Assembly: GCA_043228905.1 (NCBI GenBank)
Contig: JBHGNT010000018.1
Span: forward strand, 5,642,001-5,706,000
Length of the DNA stretch: 64,000 nucleotides
Source of the DNA: Azolla caroliniana
Taxonomy: Eukaryota > Plantae > Polypodiophyta
Reading direction: 5' to 3'
In this document: positions 39,701 through 50,272 of the stretch, piece by piece
Position numbering within the stretch: the stretch's first letter is position 1
Layout of the letters: each line of letters opens with the position of its first letter
Translations under genes and position numbers: made by a program
Notes under the pieces: model-generated
What the model saw: only the letters and a program-made list of their open reading frames with translations
What the model was told of the DNA's origin: nothing
Databases searched by the model: none

Positions 39701-42618
39701 ACAAAACGGCAATGATCACACTCAAAGAATTTTGTGATGTGTTCACTTGGTCCTATGAGGACATGCGGGGACTCGATCCTCAATTGTATCAACACCAAAT
39801 ACATCTGAGTAAAGACACCAAACCGGTAGCGCAACGGCGTTATCGGATGAACCCAAATTACGTAGCAAAAGTCAAAGAAGAAATCGACAAGTTGCTAAGA
39901 GTGGGCTTCATCCGACCGGTAAAGAAAGCCACATGGCTCAGCCCGATAGTCATAGTACCCAAAAAGAACGATAAGATAAGAGTGTGCGTCGACTACCGTA
40001 AATTGAATGCGGCTACGGTAATGGACGCCTTCCCACTTCCATTTACGGATGGAGTCTTGGATGTGGTCGCCAGTCATGAGGTGTACAGTTTTCTGGACGG
40101 TTTTAGCGGCTATAATCAGATCCGGATGCACCCCGCTGACCAGGAGAAAATTGCTTTTGTCACCGAATGGGGAGTCTTTGTTGCCGTAGTGATGATGTTC
40201 GGACTGAAAACGGCGCCGAAAACCTTCCGGCGGATCATCATGGAGATTTTCGGAGAATTCATTCCGGAATTCATGCAGGTGTTCTTGGATGACTTCGTTG
40301 TTTATAGCCAGGAAGGGGATCACCTTCAGCACCTCCGACTATGTCTGGCGAAATGTAGGGTTTACCGACTACCCGGCAAAATGCATGTTCGGAGTAACCA
40401 GCGGAGCGTTACTAGGCCACATAGTGAGCAAGGACGGTATCGCAGTGGATCCAGACAAAGTAAAAGCAATCCTGGAGGCACCGGCACCAGCCACGGCAAA
40501 GGCACTAAGCTGGTTCTTAGGACAAATTCGGTGGCATAGCCGAATGCTTCAATATCTAGTAGACCTAGCTACACCATTGCATGCCGCGGTAATTCGGACA
40601 CCCTTTCGATGGACAGACACAGAAGACCAGGCTTACCCGGGCACTAAAAGTGTTGTTGTCACAAGCGTTGGTGGTGCAACCTCCGGATTGGTCTAAAGAG
40701 TTCCATGTGTTCGTTGACGCGTCTGACATCGCAATCGGGAGTGTGTTGATGCAACTTACAGAACCGAAATGGTACCGACTAGTGTATTATGCCAACCGAA
40801 GCAGTCCCAAGCGGAACGTAATTATTCCACAACGGAAAGGGAGGCCTTGGGTATGATCTACAATGTCACCAAGTTCAGACACTATCTGTTGGGAAGGAAA
40901 TTTTCCTTTCACGTAGATCATTCGGCGCTCCTTTACTTGGTGTCCAAAGCATCACTCACCGGTAAGTTGGCCCGGTGGACGTTACTATTACAAGAATTTG
41001 AGTTCGAGATATTCCACTGACCCGGCATACAACATCCAGTAGCAGACTATTTAAGCCGGTTAGATTCCGACAAAACCGGTGACGGAGTCCCAGACGACTT
41101 TCCGGATGCAGAGTTGTTTAGAGTCACAACAGAAACGGCAACGGATAGTACGGTCGCATAGGAAGACAAGTGGCTCACCAACATGCACCAATTTCTGAGC
41201 ACCAACTTACCTCCGGAGGAGATGAACAGAGACGAAAGGAAACGCTTAGCGGTTCAAACCCGGCACTTCTGTCTATTACAAGACACATTGTACCACAAAG
41301 GCGCAGATGGCATATGGCGGCGTGCAGTGCGCAGTGACGAAAAGGAAATAATATTACGCGAAGCACACTATGGCGTGGCTAGAGGACATTATGCCGGAGA
41401 TGCTACAGCAAGGAAAATATGGTAGAGTGGACTATGGTGGCCGACAACATTGAAGGATGCAGTTCGGTACGCTAAAGAATGCGACCTATGTCAATGAATG
41501 GGCCAACCAACCGAACAAGCCAGAATGCCTCACCAGCCCGTGCTACTGTTAGAACAATTTCAGAAATGGGGGTTGGATTTTGTCGGGCCATTCAAACCAC
41601 CGGCAATGAGAACCGGCAACCGGTACATGATTGTCGCTACAGATTACTGCACAAAATGGGTGAAAGCCAAAGCACTACGCAACAACACTGCGGCATGCAC
41701 GACAAAGTTTTTATATGAATGCATTTGGTGCCGGTATGGATGTCCGATAGAGCTCATAAGTGACCAAGGTGGGCACTTCTTAGGGCAAGTAGTGGAAAGT
41801 TTGACGACATTTTATGCAGTGGTGCACAAATGGAGCACTCCCTATTATCCGCAAGCCAACGGATTAGCTGAGTCAACAAATAAAACACTACAGAACATCC
41901 TGCGGAAAATCGTCAATGAGAACCGAACGGATTGGGATACAAAGCTACACAGTGCACTCTGGGCCTACCGAACAGCATATAAGTCAAGTATCCGCACAAC
42001 ACCGTTTCGCCTAGCATTCGGATTGGAAGCAGTGATGCCAGTAAAGTTCCAGGTACCGATTTTACGAATACAGATTCGGGAACGCCTAAATGAGAAGGAA
42101 TCAGAAGCTATCCGGTTAGCCGCGTTGTGCGAATTGGAAGAACATCGGATAGCTAGCATCATGCACCTACTGCTAGAGCAGCGGCGAAGGAAGGCGTTCG
42201 TGGATCGTCACCGGAAAGGGAACGAAAAGATGTTCGGAATCGGTAAACCAGTACTAGTATTCCAAACCCGGATGGGTAAGATGCCGGGAAAGCTACAGTT
42301 TCGGTGGACCGGACCATACTAGATTACGCGTGAGTTCAACGGGTATTAGGGACACTCGCCGACGAGGTTCTGGGTAAATGGGTCAATGGGTTCCGACTCA
42401 AACCATACAACGGACCCATGCCAAGAAACCCATTTGAACAAGTAAAGGCCGACACAGAACCAGACACCGGTAAGTCGGAAGAGACGGCAACACGTTCAGC
42501 AATCGGCAAGAGGGAGCAAGAGCCGGCAAACAACGACGACGACGCAACGGCAGGCAGTCCAGCGGCCGGCATGTTCCACAATCCAGATAGGGGTCTAGTG
42601 GGACCGGATGCGAATTAA
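36761..42618 (+). pseudogene. Disrupted Gypsy E gag-pol
   Basis: gag (FGMTLEGPAARW), three CCHC knuckles, PR (IIDGGSGVN), RT (CVDYRKLN, FLDGFSGYNQI, VFLDDF), RH (VDASDIAIG, TTEREALG), INT (KWGLDFVGP, ISDQGGHF, YPQANGLAE, RWTGPY). Confidence 0.93.
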
Positions 42619-43056
42619 CAAAACCATTTTTATCTTAAAAAAAAAATCAAATCAAATCAAAGTAAATCATGCAAGGGCGAGGGGTGAACGGACACATGCA
42701 AGAACAAGGAGTGAACAGGCACTTTGAAAAGGTACGTAGTGGGCTATTAATAGGCACAGAACCAGACACCGGTAAGTCGGAAGAGACGGCAACACGTTCA
42801 GCAATCGGCAAGAGGGAGCAAGAGCCGGCAAACAACGACGACGACGCAACGGCAGGCAGTCCAGCGGCCGGCATGTTCCACAATCCGGATAGGGGTCTAG
42901 TGGGACCGGATGCGAATTAACAAAACCATTTTTATCTTAAAAAAAATATCAAATCAAATCAAAGTAAATCATGCAAGGGCGAGGGGTGAACGGACACATG
43001 CAAGAACAAGGAGTGAACAGGCACTTTGAAAAGGTACGTAGTGGGCTATTAATAGG
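42453..43056. repeat. Near-perfect tandem duplication, 2 x 302 bp, covering the pol end and spacer
   Basis: CACAGAACCAGACACCGG... starts at 42453 and 42755; both copies end ...GCTATTAATAGG. Confidence 0.95.
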
Positions 43057-43287
43057 ATATTAAACCGCCGCCACATGGCACGTCATTCTATTCTAGTACA
43101 CGACGTGCACACGTGCGAGTCAGAAAAAAGGCGGCAACATGCAGCAAGAAAACTCCCACCGCGTGGAAACCTTCAAATTTCACGAACAGAGGAGCACAAA
43201 CCATTGAAGATCATCAGACGCGAGCCCACACACACAGAGCCTCCTCAAACACACCCCTCACCAGCGCTCACTGACCTCAAAGAAGCC

Positions 43288-46097
43288 ATGGACTGCCAAG
43301 CACTCTTTGAAGCAACCAAGAAGTGGCTAAGGCAACACGGGTTAGAAGGTTTCCTCACAATCATGGAGGTGCCACCGCACCGCGAGGCGGAGAAGATAGT
43401 CAAGGAAATCGACACGGAGCTTATCACTGATGAGGCCATCCATGCGTTGATTGGCCTTCCGGAAGGGGGCATCTTCACTATCTACAACCCTACTCCCTGG
43501 CCAGCAAGGCCTACCGGACACAGGGCGGCGAAGATCCACTCTTTCAAGAGATTGCCCGTGTGCTCCATGAATTTGGACATGTATACCCTCGACCCCCATG
43601 CATGCCTCAGAACCGGACCAGCTTAATCATAGCAACATATGAAGGCGTGAAGGTGGACTGGCCGGTACTGATTGCGGATGGCCTCTGTGCAGCCATCAAC
43701 TCTATCAGAGGCAAGGAGGGTCGGAAGATATGGATGGCAGTGGCGCAATGGCTCACCCTATTGGCGCCACCTATCGAGCTCGTCAAGACCACGAAGCGGG
43801 GAAGAACAACTGAAGGCACCCCGAAAACGGCCTCGAAATGGCAGCAGTTGTTGGCTTCTAAGGCAACCAAAGGGATGGCGGTCGACATGGACCGGGCAGC
43901 AAAGGAGCGCACCAATAGGAAGTGGCAGGCGGAAATGCAGGAGGAGCCACCGACACGGCCAATCAAGATCAAGCTTCACCGACTGATTCAACAAGCGTTG
44001 AACCCCTTAGCAGCAAAAATCAACATCGGGACTCAAGAGGAGGAAGTGGAGGAGGAACCATTAGAGCACCTCCAGCGGCGCCAGAAGGCAAGCACCTCCG
44101 AACAGGCCGGGGAGCGTTCGGACCCAAAGAAGGATGGAACACATGTACCCCGCACTGAGCAGCCCGCACCAAGGATGGAAGCAGAACCGGTCACAAAGCT
44201 CCATGCACAACAACCTCTACCGGCGGGTCAGGATAAAGCAAGACCCGAAATGCAAGCGCCGAAAGTACAGTTTCCTACTCCACCGGTAGGCCAAGACCAT
44301 TCAGAAGCGGAGTGGCCAACGGAGCCGCAACCAGAACGGCAAAGTGGTCACCACCAAGAGCCAGAGTTGCAGCTCGATGCAACCGGACAAAACCAACCAC
44401 TGGCTAGCGACACCAACAGCCAACCCTCCGGGCAAACGCAACAACAAGGCACTGGCAGCCAATGGCTCCGGTGGATTGGTGAACAAATTGCCGGAGTGGT
44501 ACACTACATAGAGGTGGAAGAGAAAGCGCAGGTGGACCGGTTGCTCGTCACAACCGGAGAACTCGAGACGGCTCGCTCAAGGATCCGGAGCTTAGAACAA
44601 GACTTGGACCTAGCCACAGATGAATTGGCTAAAATGGCCTTAACCGGACCACCGATCCAAGCACCGGTGACTCCGGTAGATGTACAGAATAAGGAAACAC
44701 TGGCACCTGTACATAGCAATAAGACCCCGGAGACGGAACTAGTCCCGAAGATAGTGGCGGCGCAAGCAAAAGAGCTTGCTGAATTGAGAGATGAACTAGC
44801 CGCACAAGAAGGATTACGCACCCGAGAGCGGGACTTGAAGAAAGCAGCAAAAGAAGAGCAACGAAAGACTGCTGAGAACCTCCGTCGGGAAGAAGAGAAT
44901 CTGCGGAAAGGACATCAGGCCTATGACCGGCTGAAGGAGGAGAAAGAGAAGGCGCTGCAAGAAAAGGAGAAGCTGTGACGGATGGCGGAAACAGAGATCG
45001 AAAGACTGAAAGAAGAACTCTGTCAACAGAAGGATCGGGAAGACCACGCTCGCCGGCAACTCAACCAAAAGCTGAAGCAAAAGACCGATGATTTTGAGCA
45101 CCTGCACCGGGACTACAAGCACCTGGATACGAAGCACAAGAAACAACAAGAGAAGATGGCAGAGGTCCGGTAGGAGGTGCATCGAGTTAAGACGGCGCTA
45201 GCGGAGGAACGGGCTGAAAGAACCACGTTGCTGGAGAAAGCCGCGCAAGAACGGATGGAGCTCCTTAAGCAGCATTATGAAGAGAAGGAAAGAACGATAA
45301 TGGTATTACAAAGGCTGCAGAACACCTATCAAACCCAATTGTCACATTACCGGGAGCAGGAGGTGGATACGGTGGCACTAATCAAGCAGTTGAAGGACGA
45401 ACGGCAAGCCGCAGAGGACAAATCGAATATGGGATTGGAGCGGATCCAGTTCATTGTCCAGGCATGGAGGAACAAGACCAAACGCTTGATTGACGAAAGC
45501 TCCGCACAATGGTGGGACAAATGGGCAAAGCACACATCTGAGCTCCAGTTGCTAAGGGCGGACGCGGAAAACCGGTAGAAGGATGGCGACGACGGCTACA
45601 TGTTAACAAAGGAGGACTTCACCGTCGTAAGAGATGAGTTAGCCGAGGATTTTGTAACTCTGGCGGAGGAACAGTCAGTAGTGGTCCGGCAACTTGTAGC
45701 ATAGCTAGATGATGATCGACTGGATGCTCAAATCCAGTTTGAAAGCTAAGAACGGACCAGGCTACGGAGAGAAGAAACAAAGCAGGCGGCGACCGTCAAC
45801 CTCAGCGATGAGGAGCCATCACCAGAGCAAGGACCGGACGGAGACAAGGCCGAGGCAAGTCAACCGGAGTCAAATCCGGCGCAGCAGCTAATGGAGGAAG
45901 CACCGCCACAACCGCCGGTACCGGGAGCCAAACAGACGCCATCTAAGGAGCAACAGTTGGAGGAGCCGGAGCCACAACAACAGCCACAACCGCAGCAACA
46001 ACAGCCACAACATCCGCAACAACATCAACAACAGAGCTCCGAACAACCATTGGATACCTTGGAGCAGAGTATTCTGGATATCTTGGATGAAGGCTAA
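43288..46097 (+). pseudogene. Extra sense ORF of Gypsy E (about 900 aa; globular N-terminus, long coiled coil, Q/P-rich tail), disrupted
   Basis: Consecutive ORF pieces 43075-43626, 43560-44978, 44982-45173, 45177-45578 and 45891-46097, joined by single stops or frameshifts; E/K/Q/R heptad composition. Confidence 0.8.
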
Positions 46098-46107
46098 GGG
46101 ACGGATA

Positions 46108-46148
46108 GTGGGATTCGACGTACAAGGTACTGTCCCACGAGCGTGCCA
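46108..46148 (+). promoter_or_regulatory. tRNA-Arg 3'-end mimic (opposite-strand PBS) in the PPT position of Gypsy E
   Basis: GTGGGATTCGA...GTCCCACGAGCGTGCCA, then TG, then the 3' LTR; the minus strand reads TGGCACGCTCGTGGGAC. Confidence 0.6.
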
Positions 46149-46735
46149 TGTGTTACCCGGCCGGCAAAGGAGTAAAGACCAGAATGTGTAAGGGATGGTT
46201 ATTCGGAATCTATTTTAATTAAGTAGAATAGATTATAATTATGTAGTGAACGGACGGGCCGGAATCGGTATGCCGATCCAGATCCGGACCGGTTCCGAAC
46301 AGGTGCTGGTTGGCACCGTTTTGTACGCAGCACCGGTGACCTATATAAAGGCCCGGTTACAATTTAAAACTTTAACGGAGAATTAATATAAGCTTCTTGT
46401 TTTATCTTCACGTATTGATTACCGTTCTATATTAATTGTTATATCTTATGCGTGTATTAAGTGAATGCCTTGTTGCTAAGTAGCCAATTAAGTTGGATTA
46501 ATCGTTGTGTCTTAAGTTATCTCGCCGTAACACCCCTTTGGTGAAGTTTCTTCTAGAGACACCCTGTGTTAGGCCATTGTCCGGCCCTAAGGATTAACAT
46601 TTTTGTTTTATATAAATGGCTTGGTTTAGTTCAGTTTGGTTTCAAGGCAAAGAAACTGAACCAGGTCCATTGCTAATCGTAGCCATGAATCAGGTGGGGT
46701 GTTATATGTTACATACCATAGAAGGGGCTCGATAG

Positions 46736-46880
46736 TAGGGATCGACAACGGTTCGGTTGATGCTTAATTGGTTTGGCCTTATCCAAGCCAAACCGGTTAA
46801 ACCTAAACCGTTTTGGGGTTCTCAAACTTGAACCAAACCAAACCAAACCGATCCCTAAACCGGTTTGTGAACCTGTTTGG
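46736..46880. mobile_element. Single end of a hAT-type element or MITE
   Basis: TAGGGATCGACAACGGTTCGG followed by AAACCG repeats; no partner TIR found. Confidence 0.5.
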
Positions 46881-47884
46881 GACAAGCCTACTATTAAAAG
46901 CTACTATTAGCATATTGAAATGTAAGTTAATTCCTTTTCAAGCTTAATATTCACCCTTAATATTAAGCTTTCCACCATGAATTGTACAACATAAGCCAAA
47001 CTCAACAACTTAATCCCATTTATATAAGAGCTAGGCTATGATTGTTGCAACATTGAATGAATGTGGCAACATGGTGTCTAGATATTGTGAACAAACACAC
47101 AATCCTGATCAACTTTGGCAACCAAGTGTAAATCTCGTGCTTGAATCCAAACCTTGAAAATGTAGTGTAGTCGGTCTACTTTCTATGTATGAGAGTAGTT
47201 GAGATGGATGAGGGAATGCCATGTTTTCGAGTGGAATTAAGGGAGTGTTCACATTCTTGACTTGTCAATTGAATATGCACTACATGAAGAGTTTACGTTG
47301 AAATTAAAGCTTTGTCGATAAGTAGATGAATCGAGCACATGGTGAGAAAATCCATTTTCTTGCAACATACTTTCTCTGAGCGAAGAAATGTGGTAAGGGT
47401 AAGGCTACCCCAAGTAGTACCCGAGAACATATGTGGCCAACTCTAAGAGTTTAGGTTAGAGTTCATCCGTTGTCAAGAAACAGACCAATTGGGCACTTGG
47501 TGCAGTTAATACATTTTCACTCGAATCGGTGATAATATGTGGTTATATGTTGAGGTTTGTGGTCCATCTCTCACGTTGGGCCTTCCCCAATCAATCTCAA
47601 CTTGACACAAGCAAGAGAGATGGACATTGAAATTTGGATTACCACAAGGCATCTTGTTAAGTTAGTTTTGGGTCAACGAAGAGGCAGAAATGCAAAAGTA
47701 AAAGCAAAAGCAAAAGGAGAAGGAGAAGAAGCATAGTCATGGCCGAGAAACGCAACTGCAGCAAGAAGCCTCCTCTGCCTCCATATCTAATGAGTGTGCG
47801 GAATAGTGCTCGGCCACAACTGAATCTTAAACACTCTATGGAAATGAAGATTAATGCACTTACACAGAATGAGACAACATCGAA

Positions 47885-50272
47885 TGTTAGCGTGGAGAAC
47901 CCTAATCGGGTAAAACCACGGGAGCCCACAGACTCCAACTATCACTATGAGAGGAAGGATACAATGCGAGACTCAGAGGCAACAACCTCGAGCTCTATGT
48001 CTTCACCGACCGACAGTTACAACAAAAAATGCTTTTTGTTTCTCTCTGGTTCTCTCTGTCTCTATCTATCTCTCTCTGTCTATACAACAATAATGATAAC
48101 AACACCAAAAACTATTTTCCCTAAGTTATATTTATACTTATATAACTTTGGGACTATTTATAAATATGGCCTCAATGGTCACGTATGAACATATTTACTA
48201 ATATGCTCCTATTTGTTGGTTCATACCAGATCAAACTAGACTCATTCCAGATCCATCTGATCTGGTATCCGGATACCTTCCGAACCCATCCGGTCTGGTT
48301 CCTTCCTTTGGCGCATCCAATCCAGCTCATCTAGATCCCATCCGGAGGGACCTGTTTCCGAACAAACTCCCCCTTCAGTCCGGCATGGGATGTCTCGTCA
48401 GTCCGATCCGTCTCCAACATGCATCCAGTTTGTCGGCTAACAGCACCTTGGTCAACATGTCCGACCCGTTCTCCTATGTATGGATATTCGTCAACAAAAA
48501 CTCTTTATCTTCTACTTTCTCCCGGAGCCTATGATATCTCCTCTAGATGTGCTTGGTGCGGGAGTGGTAGGTCGTGTTCTTCGCGAGGTGGATAGCACTT
48601 TGACTATCGCAATAGAACCGGAATTCCTCCTGTCGGATCCCTAGCATTCCGATGAAGTCCTTCAACCAGATTACTGCTTTTCCAACTTCTACAACCACAA
48701 TGTACTCCACTTTTTTTGTCGATAGTGCAACGGACTTCGGCAACCTCGACTACCACGATACAGCCCCCCCTGCATAAGTCATGACATATCCGGATGTAGA
48801 CCGGCTGGTATCCGCATCAGCTGACATATCTGAATCTGTGAATCCTTCAAGTTGGGCTTTACCTTAGCCGAATCGGAGGCACGCAATCAAGGTGCCTTCC
48901 AAATATGGGAGTATCCACTTGACCGCGGTTCAATATTCTCTTCTCAGATTGATCATGAACCGGATGACCACTACGATTGTGTATCCGATGTCCAGTTGTG
49001 TACACACCATTGCGTACATGAGGCTTCCAACTGCAGAGGCGTCTCCCGGTTTCAGCTTGTACACCCACTTGTTCTGGAGCGCTCTCTTTCCTTTTGGCAG
49101 CTCCATCAATTCATATGTCTGGTTCTCATGCAGGGAATCCATCTCTCTTTGCATGGCACTTACCCACTTGCGGTTGTGGTTGTCTTTCTTTGCTTCTTCG
49201 AAGCTTTTCGGCTCCCTCTCGTCGGTCAGTAAAGCATGCTCTACATCCGGATATCTTCGTCCTTGGTTTTCGACCTTATGTTCCTCCATTTGTGCTTCAT
49301 CTAAATCCGATTCGAGATCTTTTCCGGTTCTGGTGTCCAATTCTTCTTCTTCGATCGGTTCGGTTTCTTGTCCGACTCCGGCCGGTTCTTCGAGTGTCAT
49401 CCAGCTTCATGCCGGATGGGTCCTTGTATCTTCCGACCGATTTCATGCCGGATGGGAGTTCACTATCTTCTTCTCCGACTCCCAATTGACAATGGTCTTG
49501 TCTTGCATGAAGACTATGTCTCGACCCCGGAACACCTTCTTATTGACCAAGTCCCACACTCGGTAGAAGAACTCATCATCGTCGTATCCAAGGAATATGC
49601 ATGGCCGGGACTTCGGATCTAATTTCTCTCTCTTGTCCTTTGCAACATGCACATAAACGAGACAACCACATGTCTTTACTGGTCCATACTCTCTATGGTG
49701 TGTCTCCGTCCAAGGGTGTTGAGGGTGATCTATTTATTACGTATGTCGTCGTCATCAACACCTCAACCCAAAACATCTTGGGCAACTTTGCATGTGCCAG
49801 CATCCTCCAAACTCTCTCCATCACAGTCCAGTTCATCCTTTCGGCCAATCCATTAAGCTCTCGTTTCTTTGGCACAGTAAATTCGAGTCAGATTCCCTTC
49901 GTCCAGAAGTACTCCTCGAACTGCCCCCGATATTAGCCTCCATTGTCCACTCGAACCGCCTTTCGCTTCCAGCCGGTTTCCCTTTCCACTCTCGTGTTAA
50001 AATCCCTGAAGACGGATAATACTTGGTCCTTCGTCTTCAGCAGTGAGACCCACAACTTCCGGTTATGGTCTTCTATGAATGTCACAAAGTACTGGACCCA
50101 GCATGTGACTTCGTGTTCACTTGGCATACATCGGTATGCACAAGCTCTAGCGGTGCATTCCGTCTCGACGGTGGTTGGGTTCAGAAAGAGGTTCGATTTT
50201 CCTTGTTGGCCAAACAATCAGTGTACTTCTCAAGCTGCACGTCTTTCACCTCTGGAATGAGGTTATCTTCGG
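47885..50272 (-). mobile_element. Truncated, internally deleted Copia of the B family
   Basis: 3' LTR about 47885-48364; PPT GAAGGGGGAG; RH, INT and partial RT closely similar to Copia B, with most of RT deleted (KLKPGD joined to ASAVGSLMYAM); cut at 50272 by the next LTR. Confidence 0.88.

Larger units (their letters stand above)
36289..46599 (+). mobile_element. Ty3/Gypsy element E (non-chromovirus) with an extra 3' ORF
   Basis: 449-bp LTRs 36289-36737 and 46151-46599 (TGTTACCC...ATTAACA); TSD TTTTT; PBS TGGCGACCACGATGGGA at 36745 (tRNA-Arg-like); order gag-PR-RT-RH-INT; no chromodomain. Confidence 0.95.
35849..46675. mobile_element. hAT-type MITE (family 2-like) split by Gypsy E into 35849-36288 and 46600-46675
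   Basis: TIRs TAGCGATGGGCC / GGTCCATTGCTA; TSD ACTGTAGC/ATCGTAGC; GGTTT repeats continue on both sides of the Gypsy. Confidence 0.82.

Noticed and set aside
46085-46150. Hammerhead or other self-cleaving ribozyme, or a true tRNA gene
   Set aside because: There is no CUGANGA/GAAA core, and no D-arm, anticodon arm or 5' acceptor strand. Only a T-arm/3'-end mimic is supported.
46900-47650. hAT transposase remnant after the lone TIR
   Set aside because: I found no recognisable transposase motif in any frame, so it is left unassigned.
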